The position numbers and the translations under genes were made by a program. This document shows positions 22,029 to 37,000 of a stretch of DNA of 64,000 nt, one piece after another. The notes below the pieces were generated by a model. It was not told the DNA's origin and ran no database searches. It saw only the letters and a program-made list of their open reading frames with translations. The first letter of the stretch is position 1. The number at the start of each line of letters is the position of its first letter. The DNA comes from Macrostomum lignano (taxonomy: Eukaryota). Location of the stretch: positions 1 to 64,000 of the forward strand of contig NIVC01001256.1 in the NCBI GenBank assembly GCA_002269645.1, given 5' to 3'.

Positions 22029-25000
22029 ATGGAAGCCGACAACAAGTGTGCAGACACCGCCGAGGCCATGGGCTGTGAGTTGAAAACTTGTCTACTGTTT
22101 TATATACTACGAGTATCTAGCCCGAAACTTTCAGGACAAGAAGCGGCCAAATCACCTTGACAGCTGCAATACCCCATTAGTGAGAACGAGTCCATGTGAA
22201 TTTGCCAGCCGAGCTTCACCCGCCATCGAAGTTCCAGTTTTGGGATTTCCAAACCCAGGGGCAACAGCTACAGAGAGGGGATGCCAGCTACAGAGGGGAC
22301 GCCAGCTACAGAGGGGATGCCAGCTACAGAGGGGACGCCAGCTACAGAGGGGCGCCAGCTACAGAGGGGATGCCAACTACAGAGGGGACGCCAGCTACAG
22401 AGGGGATGCCAGCTACAGAGGGGATGCCAGCTACAGAGGGGATGCCAGCTACAGAGGGGATGCCAGCTACAGAGGGGATGCCAGCTACAGAGGGGATGCC
22501 AGCTACAGAGGGGATGCCAGCTACAGAGGGGGTTGAGAGGCGCTTTCAGAATTTTGTACAAACAACTTTTTGTTGAATTTGTGTGCGGAAAGTTTGAAAT
22601 GGCTTGCCTCATAAAGACTATACTCTTAAATTGCCAAAACCAGCGAGGCTGGTTCAGTTTGGCTCAAGCAAAGACCATCGGTGCGTGAGATGGCAAAAAT
22701 GACTTTGCAGACGAATTGAATCAACCCAGCCGACTCTAAGGCTGCTACATTCAGTTGAGCCAATTTCCCGTGCCAATCTCTTGTGAACTCGCTGATACTC
22801 GTAGATGCCAGAGGGGGGATTCCCAAACAGCGATTAGCATCGCTTGCTCCGGAACTGCAGACTGACTCGCTTGCCAATCAAGAGTAAGTAAGGTCAATGT
22901 TTGTATGCATTCAGGCTGGATGACAACAGCTCACTCACTGTCAGCACTGTCAGTCAGCTCACTGTTGATGCACACAAACTCCTTGACAACCAGAGTCAGC
23001 TCACGAGTCTACGACACTTGACTGCCGCAATTTGACTGCCAGTGACATTTGACTGCCAGTGACATTTGACTGCCAGTGACATTTGACTGCCAGTGACATT
23101 TGACTGCCAGTGACATTTGACTTTCAGTGACATTTGACTGCCAGTGACATTTGACTGTCAGTGACATTTGACTGCCAGTGACATTTGACTGTCAGTGACA
23201 TTTGACTGTCAATGACATTTGACTGCCAGTGACATTTGACTGTCAGTGACATTTGACTGTCAGTGACATTTGACTGCCAGTGACATTTGACTGCCAGTGA
23301 CATTTGACTGTCAGTGACATTTGACTGCCAGTGACATTTGACTGTCAGTGACATTTGACTGTCAATGACATTTGACTGCCAGTGACATTTGACTGTCAGT
23401 GACATTTGACTGTCAGTGACATTTGACTGCCAGTGACATTTGACTGCCAGTGACATTTGACTGTCAGTGACATTTGACTGCCAGTGACATTTGACTGCCA
23501 GTGACATTTGACTTTCAGTGACATTTGACTTTCAGTGACATTTGACTGCCGCAATTTGACTTTCAGTGACATTTGTCTGTCAGTGACATTTGACAGCCAG
23601 TGACATCTGACTGCCAGTGACATTTGACTGCCAGTGACATTTGACTGCCAATCTAGCCAAGCTCTACAATGTAACTCTAACCAAGGACCAACTACTATAA
23701 TAGTTAAACTAGTCTATAAAGTCCTTGACTCTAACATTAAACTTATACTAATCCTAAACTCTAACCTAAAAACCAAACCATAACCTGAACCCTAACTCTA
23801 ATCCAAAACCCTAACCTAATTGCTGACGCCACTGCTCAATGGTAGCACAGCAGAAGACTTATTCCTTCCAGCAAAACTTACAAATGACGTCCCCAAATCA
23901 ATCCAGACCTGAATCTTGGAACTGTTTAGAAACTCTGCAAGCTTCTGCGCACCTGCATAAGACCGGCTGGCCCGGTAAATATTTGCATTCTTCCCCTCCA
24001 GTCTCCAAGCGCCGATATCTCCATTCGCTAATTCCCATTGCAACCCCATGGCTGCAACTGACACGGGTCGGACAGCCTTCCCAAGGGAAAGCCGCTTGGG
24101 GGGATTCGCTTCCGCCCCAGACGCTCCCATTAGGGCGGCCGGCACGAGTTGCACCAGCCAGCAGAAAAACCGGCAGCTGATGTATTGTTGCCGGGCTGTC
24201 ATGTCCAGCTGCCAGAATTTCCTTCATCAACTCTCTGGTGCTGGTGCTGCAGCTGTGGAAGAACGGAATGATTGAACGGCGAATAAGATGCATTGATTTC
24301 CGTTTCCCCTGAGCTGTGTCTCTCAGGTTAATTGTAAATGCATACAGATTACACGGAGCGCTCTGGCCTCAGGGCAACCTGAATGGGGGTTGAACAGAGC
24401 AGAGCTGATCGAATAGAGCCTGTATAGGACAGCTAGTATGCCAGTATGCAAGACACGGCAACGTGGGGAAGATAGTCCCACACCTTCAAGAACTTTTCAC
24501 AGGGGCTCAGGATGAAGATGCATAAACAAAGTTTCCAGAGAATTTGTCAGAAAAATTCCTGTCAATTATTGACACCTCAGCAGGACACGCGACCTGAATA
24601 AATCATATTCGACTTCGCATGCAGAGGAGCCTCACACAGATTCCCGCCGGAGAGTTCTAGGCTCAAGATTGACTCAACTGGAAGCCTGCGAGTCAAGCAG
24701 TGTGTTTGCTCAAGCAGCAAATTTTGTGAGAAGGCGAATCACTTCTCAAATTCTGCGAGCGGCTGCTAGCAACCCGGTCATAAATTATTGAGCGCACTGG
24801 GGCCAAAGAAATAGAAAAACACGGGACGCTGCCCAGGCTTGCCTGTTGGCCACCTCTTAAAAACGCGACTATGTTTTCATGTTACAACCAATGTTGCCCT
24901 TGCAAGCTGCCTGAATTTATTGAGTCAAACAAAAAATTGAAATATATTCTGCAAGCAAGATCACTCACCCGATTTAACTAATCAAATATCCTTTCGGAAT

Positions 25001-28000
25001 CACGTCTTCTACTTTGTCCAGCTGCTGCTTCTACCACCACTCTCAGCCACCTGCTCTCTACCATCACTATCATCTATCTACCCGCTCTCTACCACCACTC
25101 TCATCCACCTGCTCTCTGCCACCACTCTCATCTACCCACTCTCTACCACCAATTTCATCTACTCGCTCTCTACCACCACTCTCATCCACCTGCTCTCTGC
25201 CACCACTCTCATCTACGCACTCTCTACCACCAATTTCATCTACTCGCTCTCTACCACCACTCTCATCTAACCACTCTCTACCGCCACTCTCATTTATCTA
25301 CCCGCTCTCTACCACCACTCTCATCTACCCGCTCTCTACCACCACTCTCATCTACCCGCTCTCTACCACCACTCTCATTTATTTACCCGCTCTCTACCAC
25401 CACTCTCATTTATTTACCCGCTCTCTACCACCACTCTCATTTATCTACCCGCTCTCTGCCGCCACTCTCATCTACCCACTCTCTACCGCCACTCTCATTT
25501 ATCTACCCGCTCTCTACCACCACTCTCATCTACCCGCTCTCTACCATCACTATCATCTATCTACCCGCTCTCTTTCTCCACTCTCATCTATCTACCCGCT
25601 CTCTTTCTCCACTCTCATTTATCTACCCGCTCTCTATCTCCACTCTCATCTATCTACCCGCTCTCTGCCGCCACTCTCATTTATCTACCCGCTCTCTACC
25701 ACCACTCTCATTTATCTACCCGCTCTCTGCCGCCACTCTCATTTATCTACCCGCTCTCTACCGCCACTCTCATCTACCCGCTCTCTACCATCACTATCAT
25801 CTATCTACCCGCTCTCTACCGCCTCTCCTACCAATCTACCCGCTCTCTACCGCCTCTCCTACCAATCTACCAGCTCTCTACCGCCTCTCCTACCAATCTA
25901 CCCGCTCTCTACCGCCTCTCCTACCAATCTACCAGCTCTCTACCGCCTCTCCTACCAATCTACCCGCTCTCTACCGCCTCTCCTACCAATCTACCAGCTC
26001 TCTACGGACACTCACCGCTGGCACCGCCCCTCCCGCCCCCCAATTCCAGCCGAGCTCAGCCCGAACCAGTCCAGCCCGCGGATTTGTCCCGCCTTCTTTG
26101 ACGGCATCCGCTGCTGGCGGGCCGCCGCCAACGGCTCCACTGTCCGGCTGCCCTGCTACGAAGGTGAGGACTGCATGGCGTGCGGCGCGGGGATCTTGGG
26201 TCTGTGCTAGACTGGTACATGCACACAGATGATAGAGTTACTCCGCTCGGCATGACCGCTTAACTCCCCCTCACAAGGGCGACCTTGGGGGTTATCGCAA
26301 CTCTATGTATTCATTTGTGTACTAACCACTCTGAATCTGCTTAACTTGCATTCTGTAATGATGGCTACCCTACAATGAGAGGAGATAAGGTAAACAAAAG
26401 GTAATTAATAAACAAAGAAATTAAGAAAAACTATCAGGTGTCTTTGCCTAATTATTTACTCAAACTCATTCCCTGGGAGCGAATTTTTATCCACCATATT
26501 TTATTGAGCTCTCGTTTTTATCGAATTATTCTAAGTTCATTATTAACGCGACTCACGACTCACCTTTGACATCACCACGCCTTTGACATCACCACGCATC
26601 AAAGCATCTCACCGAAGACTCTGTTCTAAGAACCGTCGCATAAATTAATAAAACTCTTTCTCAGTAAAGACAACAAGCGTCATTTTCAGGCATTACAAAA
26701 TTTAATAAGCATCTGAACACGCTTTCCCGCTCACGTGCCTCTCTCCAAACATGAGAAGATGTTTTTGTTGTTGGAAGTCCCAAATTTCCAGTTTCGAACC
26801 ACGCGCAAAAGTGCAAAATCGGCAAAAATCCTCATGCAAAGCGTCGAATTCGCTATCTGGCACAATAAATGAGACACTGGCCCGCTCTCAGCTCGGGGGG
26901 GGGGGATTCACTCGATCCGCAAGTCCGACTTCCCCCGCTGCCGCCGGATTTTAACTGGAAATTTATAGCTGTATTTTGATTTCTAGATTTTGCTTTTTCT
27001 ATCTAGAATTCGACTATAACAAGGGAGGGGCGCAGCAGTCCAAGTGAATGCCAAAGTAATTTACCTGCCGTTTGCTAATCATTTACCTGCCGTTTGCCAG
27101 TCATTTACCTGCCGTTTGCTAGTCATTTACCTGCCGTTTGCCAGTAATTTACCTGCCGTTTGCCAGTAATTTACCTGCCGTTTGCTAGTCATTTACCTGC
27201 CGTTTGCCAGTAATTTACCTGCCGTTTGCCAGTAATTTACCTGCCGTTTGCCAGTCATTTACCTGCCGTTTGCCAGTCATTTACCTGCCGTTTGCCAGTA
27301 ATTTACCTGCCGTTTGCCAGTCATTTACCTGCCGTTTGCTAGTCATTTACCTGCCGTTTGCTAGTCATTTACCTGCCGTTTGCTAGTCATTTACCTGCCG
27401 TTTGCCAGTCATTTACCAGGCATTTGCCAGTAATGTACCAGCCATTTACCAGACATTAACCAGCCATTTACCAGACATTAGCCAGTCATTTACCAGCGAT
27501 TTGCCAGTCATTTACCATTCATTTATTTGTTAATCCGCCCATCCCGACGGACTCATCCACAGGCGCCGACACATTCGCCTTTCGGGTCTGCCACAGTTCG
27601 GGGCGCTGGCTGGGCCCGGACGGGCGGCCGGCGGCCAGCGCCGAGAACTCTTACTCCAACTACTCGGCCTGCATCACGCAGTTCTCGGCGGCCTTCGTCA
27701 AGAATAAATCCGTCAGGGAGATCTTTGTGAGGCCGATAAGCTGCGCCGCTGACTTGGAATAGAAGCATTGGTTCTTGTGTGACTGACAGCTGTAGCTTTG
27801 ATGTGATTGACAGCTGTAGCTCTGGTGTGATTGACAGCTGTAGCTTTGAAGTGATTGACAGCTGTAGCTTTGATGTGATTGACAGCTGTAGCTTTGATGT
27901 GATTGACAGCTGTAGCTTTGATGTGATTGACAGCTGTAGCTTTGGTGTGATTGACAGCTGTAGCTTTGGTGTGATTGACAGCTATAGCTTTGATATGATT

Positions 28001-31000
28001 GACAACTGTAGCTTTGAAGTGATTGACAGCTGTAGCTTTGATGTGATTGACAGCTGTAGCTCTGGTGTGATTGACAGCTGTAGCTTTGATGTGATTGACA
28101 GCTATAGCTTTGGTGTGATTGACAGCTGTAGCTTTGATGTGATTGACAGCTGTAGCTCTGAAGTGATTGACAGCTGTAGCTTTGGTGTGATTGACAGCTG
28201 TAGCTTTGATGTGATTGACAGCTGTAGCTTTGATGTGATTGACAGCTGTAGCTTTGATGTGATTGACAGCTGTAGCTTTGAAGTGATTGACAGCTGTAGC
28301 TCTGGTGTGATTGACAGCTGTAGCTTTGATGTGATTGACAGCTGTAGCATTGTGTGATTGACAGCTGTAGCTCTGAAGTGATTGACAGCTGTAGCTTTGG
28401 TGTGATTGACAGCTGTAGCTTTGAAGTGATTGACAGCTGTAGCTTTGTGTGATTGACAGCTGTAGCTTTGATGTGATTGACAGCTGTAGCTTTGAAGTGA
28501 TTGACAGCTGTAGCTCTGGTGTGATTGACAGCTGTAGCTTTGATGTGATTGACAGCTGTAGCATTGTGTGATTGACAGCTGTAGCTTTGAAGTGATTGAC
28601 AGCTGTAGCTCTGGTGTGATTGACAGCTGTAGCTCTGGTGTGATTGACAGCTGTAGCTTTGATGTGATTGACAGCTGTAGCTTTGGTGTGATTGACAGCT
28701 ATAGCTTTGGTGTGATTGACAGCTGTAGCTTTGGTGTGATTGACAGCTGTAGCATTGTGTGATTGACAGCTGTAGCTCTGAAGTGATTGACAGCTGTAGC
28801 TTTGGTGTGATTGACAGCTATAGCTTTGGTGTGATTGACAGCTGTAGCTTTGGTGTGATTGACAGCTGTAGCTTTGATGTGATTGACAGCTGTAGCTTTG
28901 ATGTGATTGACAGCTGTAGCTTTGATGTGATTGACAGCTGTAGCTTTGATGTGATTGACAGCTCTACGCATAGGTTTTGATAAAAGTAAAATAGGAAAGA
29001 TAAACCGTCTCGCGGTCCGCCTCCGCAGTTGATTGACATGGCCGTTCGAGTCAACGAAGTCGTGGAAATTGTCGGCGATATTCTCTCCTGCGTGTTTCTC
29101 GCCAGCGCAATTCTCATCTTCTTCCGCTGCAGGTGAGCTAATTAACTCGAGGAATTAATCACGGTAATTATCGGGGTGAAAGTTCGTGTCAATCATTGCG
29201 AATGGGTCGGAGCAATCATCAGAAATTGAGCAATCAGTATTCCACTTCCATCTCTGCCTCTCGTTTGCAATTTGTCCTTTGGTTATCATGTCGTGTCGTG
29301 TCGCTATCCACCTGACTGCGTACTTGTCGAACTTGCAGTCCATCAGTGGGTAGGCAATGAATGGCTGAACCAGGCAGTGCGAGCTCTCAGGGTTTATGGA
29401 CAGGCTGTGTACTCTGGGTAAGAAGCCAGGTATGTACATCAGGGAAGGAGTCTTAGAAAGGCTGTGTACTCTGCTTAATAAGCCAGGTATGTACATCAGG
29501 GAAGGAGTCTTAGAAAGGCTGTGTACTCTGGGTAATAAGCCGGGTATGTACATCAGGGAAGGAGTCTTAGGAAGGCTGTGTACGCTGAGGAAGAAGCCGG
29601 GTATGTACATCAGGGAAGGAGTCTTAGGAAGGCTGTGTACTCTGCGTAATAAGCCAGGTATGTACATCAGAGAAGGAGTCTTAGGAAGGCTGTGTACTCT
29701 GAGGAAGAAGCCGGGTATGTACATCAGGGAAGGAGTCTTAGGAAGGCTGTGTACTCTGAGGAAGAAGCCGGGTATGTACATCAGGGAAGGAGTCTTAGGA
29801 AGGCTGTGTACTCTGAGGAAGAAGCCGGTTATGTACATCAGGGAAGGAGTCTTAGGAGGGCTGTGTACTCTGAGGAAGAAGCCGGGTATGTACATCAGGG
29901 AAGGAGTCTTAGGAAGGCTGTGTACTCTGAGGAAGAAGCCGGGTATGTACATCAGGGAAGGAGTCTTAGGAGGGCTGTGTACTCTGAGGAAGAAGCCGGG
30001 TATGTACATCAGAGAAGGAGTCTTAGGAAGGCTGTGTACTCTGAGGAAGAAGCCGGGTATGTACATCAGGGAAGGAGTCTTAGGAAGGCTGTGTACTCTG
30101 AGGAAGAAGCCGGGTATGTACATCAGGGAAGGAGTCTTAGGAAGGCTGTGTACTCTGAGGAAGAAGCCGGGTATGTACATCAGGGAAGGAGTCTTAGGAA
30201 GGCTGTGTACGCTGAGGAAGAAGCCGGGTATGTACATCAGGGAAGGAGTCTTAGGAAGGCTGTGTACTCTGAGGAAGAAGCCGGGTATGTACATCAGGGA
30301 AGGAGTCTTAGGAAGGCTGTGTACTCTGAGGAAGAAGCCGGGTATGTACATCAGGGAAGGAGTCTTAGGAAGGCTGTGTACTCTGAGGAAGAAGCCGGGT
30401 ATGTACATCAGGGAAGGAGTCTTAGGAAGGCTGTGTACTCTGAGGAAGAAGCCGGGTATGTACATCAGGGAAGGAGTCTTAGGAAGGCTGTGTACATGTA
30501 CGTTGGAGAAGCCGAGAATGTACACCAGGGAAGGAATCTATCCTTAATAAATGTTTCATGCCATATCAGAATCGGTGCAGGGAACTATTAAACTACCTTT
30601 GATTGCAGCTGCCTCCGGAACCAGCGCACCAAGATTCACCGCAACCTATTTCTGGCAATGCTGGCTCAGACGCTGCTGCACTTGCTCCTGGCGAGTAGGG
30701 AGATCGTGCTGAGCAGGGCCACTGGCAGCCCGGCTGCTAGCGGCTTGAAGGCTCTGGTGAGAAGACTGTTCAACTGAACCGAAGTAGCATTCAGTAGTTG
30801 TTCAATGAAGAGTTCATTTGTTAGAAAGAGAATTTTTTACGTTCTAGTAAGCTTAGAATTGTAATTGTAATATATTAGTAGCATAAGACATTCAAGTTTC
30901 AAGGAGTTTCAAGACACGAAATTCTGCCAGAAGGTCGGATTTCTTTTCCATAAGCGCCAGTGTATTCAGTACAATCCTGTGCGCCAATCAGCACTGCGCC

Positions 31001-34000
31001 TCAGTGCAGCCTTGCCAAGCCTCCAAATTTCATCAGCACGTCGATCACATGTGTCTGCATCAGCTATGACTTCGTTGGTAACTGGCCTTCACTCAGGCGG
31101 AGCTTCTGGACCTTCAACAGGTGGCACCAGGTGACTATGGAAACCCTTTCCCCTTGGTAATTCGACGGGCAGAAAAAAGTAGTAAACTAATTAGTACGGA
31201 AAAGAGCAGAGCGATACACTGCCACGTGCTACTGCCACACTGCCAAATTCAGGGAATATGGGTAGTTAGTTTATTGATGCATTCAAACATAAACAAGTCA
31301 AACATTTTTTTACATTTTTGTCCTTCTTTGCTGAGTTAAAACTGTTTTAAAGAACACATTGGATGAGCCGTTCTGAGCCATTCTAAGCCACTCAAGCCTC
31401 TCCAAGCCTCTCTAAGCCACTCCAAGCCTCTCTAAGCCTCTCTAAGCCTCTCTAAGCCTCTCTAAGCCACTCCAAGCCTCTCTAAGCCTCTCTAAGCCAC
31501 TCAAGCCTCTCCAAGCCTCTCTAAGCCACTCAAGCCTCTCTAAGCCACTCCAAGCCTCTCTAAGCCACTCAAGCCTCTCCAAGCCTCTCCAAGCCTCTCT
31601 AAGCCTCTCTAAGCCACTCCAAGCCTCTCTAAGCCTCTCTAAGCCTCTCTAAGCCACTCCAAGCCTCTCTAAGCCTCTCTAAGCCACTCCAAGCCTCTCT
31701 AAGCCTCTCTAAGCCACTCAAGCCTCTCCAAGCCTCTCTAAGCCACTCCAAGCCTCTCTAAGCCTCTCTAAGCCTCTCTAAGCCACTCCAAGCCTCTCTA
31801 AGCCTCTCTAAGCCTCTCTAAGCCACTCCAAGCCTCTCTAAGCCTCTCTAAGCCTCTCTAAGCCACTCCAAGCCTCTCTAAGCCTCTCTAAGCCACTCAA
31901 GCCTCTCTAAGCCTCTCTAAGCCACTCAAGCCTCTCCAAGCCTCTCTAAGCCACTCCAAGCCTCTCTAAGCCTCTTTAAGCCACTCAAGCCTCTCCAAGC
32001 CTCTCTAAGCCACTCTTAGCCTCTCTAAGCCACTCAAGCCTCTCTAAGCCTCTCCAAGCCTCTCTAAGCCTCTCTAAGCCACTCAAGCCTCTCTAAGCCA
32101 CTCCAAGCCTCTCTAAGCCACTCAAGCCACTCCAAGCCTCTCCAAGCCTCTCTAAGCCTCTCTAAGCCACTCCAAGCCTCTCTAAGCCTCTCTAAGCCTC
32201 TCTAAGCCACTCCAAGCCTCTCTAAGCCTCTCTAAGCCACTCAAGCCTCTCCAAGCCTCTCTAAGCCACTCCAAGCCTCTCTAAGCCTCTCTAAGCCTCT
32301 CTAAGCCTCTCTAAGCCTCTCTAAGCCACTCCAAGCCTCTCTAAGCCTCTCTAAGCCTCTCTAAGCCACTCCAAGCCTCTCTAAGCCTCTCTAAGCCTCT
32401 CTAAGCCACTCCAAGCCTCTCTAAGCCTCTCTAAGCCTCTCTAAGCCACTCCAAGCCTCTCTAAGCCTCTCTAAGCCACTCAAGCCTCTCCAAGCCTCTC
32501 TAAGCCTCTCTAAGCCACTCAAGCCTCTCCAAGCCTCTCTAAGCCACTCCAAGCCTCTCTAAGCCTCTTTAAGCCACTCAAGCCTCTCCAAGCCTCTCTA
32601 AGCCACTCTTAGCCTCTCTAAGCCACTCAAGCCTCTCTAAGCCTCTCCAAGCCTCTCTAAGCCTCTCTAAGCCACTCAAGCCTCTCTAAGCCACTCCAAG
32701 CCTCTCTAAGCCACTCAAGCCTCTCCAAGCCTCTCCAAGCCTCTCTAAGCCTCTCTAAGCCACTCCAAGCCTCTCTAAGCCTCTCTAAGCCTCTCTAAGC
32801 CACTCCAAGCCTCTCTAAGCCTCTCTAAGCCACTCCAAGCCTCTCTAAGCCTCTCTAAGCCACTCAAGCCTCTCCAAGCCTCTCTAAGCCACTCCAAGCC
32901 TCTCTAAGCCTCTCTAAGCCTCTCTAAGCCACTCCAAGCCTCTCTAAGCCTCTCTAAGCCTCTCTAAGCCACTCCAAGCCTCTCTAAGCCTCTCTAAGCC
33001 TCTCTAAGCCACTCAAAGCCTCTCTAAGCCTCTCTAAGCCACTCAAGCCTCTCTAAGCCTCTCTAAGCCACTCAAGCCTCTCCAAGCCTCTCTAAGCCAC
33101 TCCAAGCCTCTCTAAGCCTCTTTAAGCCACTCAAGCCTCTCCAAGCCTCTCTAAGCCACTCTTAGCCTCTCTAAGCCACTCAAGCCTCTCTAAGCCTCTC
33201 CAAGCCTCTCTAAGCCTCTCTAAGCCACTCAAGCCTCTCTAAGCCACTCCAAGCCTCTCTAAGCCACTCAAGCCTCTCAAGCCTCTCCAAGCCTCTCTAA
33301 GCCTCTCTAAGCCACTCCAAGCCTCTCTAAGCCTCTCTAAGCCTCTCTAAGCCACTCCAAGCCTCTCTAAGCCTCTCTAAGCCACTCCAAGCCTCTCTAA
33401 GCCTCTCTAAGCCACTCAAGCCTCTCCAAGCCTCTCTAAGCCACTCCAAGCCTCTCTAAGCCTCTCTAAGCCTCTCTAAGCCACTCCAAGCCTCTCTAAG
33501 CCTCTCTAAGCCTCTCTAAGCCACTCCAAGCCTCTCTAAGCCTCTCTAAGCCTCTCTAAGCCACTCCAAGCCTCTCTAAGCCTCTCTAAGCCACTCAAGC
33601 CTCTCCAAGCCTCTCTAAGCCACTCCAAGCCTCTCTAAGCCTCTCTAAGCCTCTCTAAGCCTCTCTAAGCCTCTCTAAGCCACTCCAAGCCTCTCTAAGC
33701 CTCTCTAAGCCTCTCTAAGCCACTCCAAGCCTCTCTAAGCCTCTCTAAGCCTCTCTAAGCCACTCCAAGCCTCTCTAAGCCTCTCTAAGCCTCTCTAAGC
33801 CACTCCAAGCCTCTCTAAGCCTCTCTAAGCCACTCAAGCCTCTCCAAGCCTCTCTAAGCCACTCCAAGCCTCTCTAAGCCTCTTTAAGCCACTCAAGCCT
33901 CTCCAAGCCTCTCTAAGCCTCTCTTAGCCTCTCTAAGCCACTCAAGCCTCTCTAAGCCTCTCCAAGCCTCTCTAAGCCTCTCTAAGCCACTCAAGCCTCT

Positions 34001-37000
34001 CTAAGCCACTCCAAGCCTCTCTAAGCCACTCAAGCCTCTCCAAGCCTGTCCAAGCCTCTCTAAGCCTCTCTAAGCCACTCCAAGCCTCTCTAAGCCTCTC
34101 TAAGCCTCTCTAAGCCACTCTAAGCCTCTCTAAGCCTCTCTAAGCCACTCCAAGCCTCTCTAAGCCTCTCTAAGCCACTCAAGCCTCTCCAAGCCTCTCT
34201 AAGCCACTCCAAGCCTCTCTAAGCCTCTCTAAGCCTCTCTAAGCCACTCCAAGCCTCTCTAAGCCTCTCTAAGCCTCTCTAAGCCACTCCAAGCCTCTCT
34301 AAGCCTCTCTAAGCCTCTCTAAGCCACTCCAAGCCTCTCTAAGCCTCTCTAAGCCACTCAAGCCTCTCCAAGCCTCTCTAAGCCACTCCAAGCCTCTCTA
34401 AGCCTCTCTAAGCCTCTCTAAGCCTCTCTAAGCCACTCCAAGCCTCTCTAAGCCTCTCTAAGCCACTCAAGCCTCTCTAAGCCACTCCAAGCCTCTCTAA
34501 GCCTCTCTAAGCCACTCTAAGCCTCTCCAAGCCTCTCCAAGCCTCTCTAAGCCTCTCTAAGCCACTCCAAGCCTCTCTAAGCCTCTCTAAGCCTCTCTAA
34601 GCCTCTCTAAGCCACTCTAAGCCTCTCTAAGCCTCTCTAAGCCACTCCAAGCCTCTCTAAGCCTCTCTAAGCCACTCAAGCCTCTCCAAGCCTCTCTAAG
34701 CCACTCCAAGCCTCTCTAAGCCTCTCTAAGCCTCTCTAAGCCACTCCAAGCCTCTCTAAGCCTCTCTAAGCCTCTCTAAGCCACTCCAAGCCTCTCTAAG
34801 CCTCTCTAAGCCTCTCTAAGCCACTCCAAGCCTCTCTAAGCCTCTCTAAGCCACTCAAGCCTCTCCAAGCCTCTCTAAGCCACTCCAAGCCTCTCTAAGC
34901 CTCTCTAAGCCTCTCTAAGCCTCTCTAAGCCACTCCAAGCCTCTATAAGCCTCTCTAAGCCACTCAAGCCTCTCCAAGCCTCTCTAAGCCACTACAAGCC
35001 TCTCTAAGCCACTCTAAGCCTCTCCAAGCCTCTCCAAGCCTCTCTAAGCCTCTCTAAGCCACTCAAGCCTCTCCAAGCCTCTCTAAGCCACTCCAAGCCT
35101 CTCTAAGCCACTCTAAGCCTCTCTAAGCCTCTCCAAGCCTCTCCAAGCCTCTCTAAGCCTCTCTAAGCCACTCAAGCCTCTCTAAGCCTCTCTAAGCCAC
35201 TCAAGCCTCTCCAAGCCTCTCTAAGCCACTCCAAGCCTCTCCAAGCCTCTCTAAGCCTCTCTAAGCCACTCCAAGCCTCTCTAAGCCTCTCTAAGCCTCT
35301 CTAAGACTCTCCAAGCCTCTCCAAGCCTCTCTAAGCCTCTCTAAGCCACTCCAAGCCTCTCTAAGCCTCTCTAAGCCTCTCTAAGCCACTCCAAGCCTCT
35401 CTAAGCCTCTCTAAGCCACTCAAGCCTCTCCAAGCCTCTCTAAGCTACTCTAAGCTACTCTAAGCTACTCTAAGCTACTCTAAGCCTCTCTAAGCCTCTC
35501 TAAGCCTCTCTAAGCCACTCCAAGCCTCTCTAAGCCTCTCTAAGCTACTCAAGCCTCTCTAAGCCTCTCTAAGCCACTCAAGCCTCTCCAAGCCTCCCTA
35601 AGCCACTCCAAGCCTCTCTAAGCCTCTTTAAGCCACTCAAGCCTCTCCAAGCCTCTCTAAGCCACTCTTAGCCTCTCTAAGCTACTCAAGCCTCTCTAAG
35701 CCTCTCTAAGCCACTCAAGCCTCTCCAAGCCTCTCTAAGCCACTCCAAGCCTCTCTAAGCCTCTTTAAGCCACTCAAGCCTCTCCAAGCCTCTCTAAGCC
35801 ACTCTTAGCCTCTCTAAGCCACTCAAGCCTCTCTAAGCCTCTCTAAGCCACTCAAGCCTCTCCAAGCCTCTCTAAGCCACTCCAAGCCTCTCTAAGCCAC
35901 TCTAAGCCTCTCTAAGCCTCTCCAAGCCTCTCCAAGCCTCTCTAAGCCTCTCTAAGCCACTCAAGCCTCTCTAAGCCTCTCTAAGCCACTCAAGCCTCTC
36001 CAAGCCTCTCTAAGCCACTCCAAGCCTCTCCAAGCCTCTCTAAGCCTCTCTAAGCCACTCCAAGCCTCTCTAAGCCTCTCTAAGCCTCTCTAAGACTCTC
36101 CAAGCCTCTCCAAGCCTCTCTAAGCCTCTCTAAGCCACTCCAAGCCTCTCTAAGCCTCTCTAAGCCTCTCTAAGCCACTCCAAGCCTCTCTAAGCCTCTC
36201 TAAGCCACTCAAGCCTCTCCAAGCCTCTCTAAGCTACTCTAAGCTCTCTAAGCTACTCTAAGCTACTCTAAGCCTCTCTAAGCCTCTCTAAGCCTCTCTA
36301 AGCCACTCCAAGCCTCTCTAAGCCTCTCTAAGCTACTCAAGCCTCTCTAAGCCTCTCTAAGCCACTCAAGCCTCTCCAAGCCTCCTAAGCCACTCCAAGC
36401 CTCTCTAAGCCTCTTAAGCCACTCAAGCCTCTCCAAGCCTCTCTAAGCCACTCTTAGCCTCTCTAAGCTACTCAAGCCTCTCTAAGCCTCTCTAAGCCAC
36501 TCAAGCCTCTCCAAGCCTCTCTAAGCCACTCCAAGCCTCTCTAAGCCTCTTTAAGCCACTCAAGCCTCTCCAAGCCTCTCTAAGCCACTCTTAGCCTCTC
36601 TAAGCCACTCAAGCCTCTCTAAGCCTCTCCAAGCCTCTCTAAGCCTCTCTAAGCCACTCAAGCCTCTCTAAGCCACTCCAAGCCTCTCTAAGCCACTCAA
36701 GCCTCTCCAAGCCTCTCCAAGCCTCTCTAAGCCTCTCTAAGCCACTCCAAGCCTCTCTAAGCCTCTCTAAGCCTCTCTAAGCCACTCTAAGCCTCTCTAA
36801 GCCTCTCTAAGCCACTCCAAGCCTCTCTAAGCCTCTCTAAGCCACTCAAGCCTCTCCAAGCCTCTCTAAGCCACTCCAAGCCTCTCTAAGCCTCTCTAAG
36901 CCTCTCTAAGCCACTCCAAGCCTCTCTAAGCCTCTCTAAGCCTCTCTAAGCCACTCCAAGCCTCTCTAAGCCTCTCTAAGCCTCTCTAAGCCACTCCAAG

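Noticed and set aside
25014-26210. 398-aa ORF; likewise repeat ORFs at 338..1180, 3782..4432, 11597..12283, 13316..13999, 27713..28564, 54059..54937 and 63187..63648
   Set aside because: Periodic minisatellite translations; only 26050-26163 of the first one is a real exon.
29155-30591. Long ORFs of 299-456 aa on both strands
   Set aside because: They are translations of a stop-free 57-bp unit inside PDFR intron 4; the flanking exons join in phase without them.
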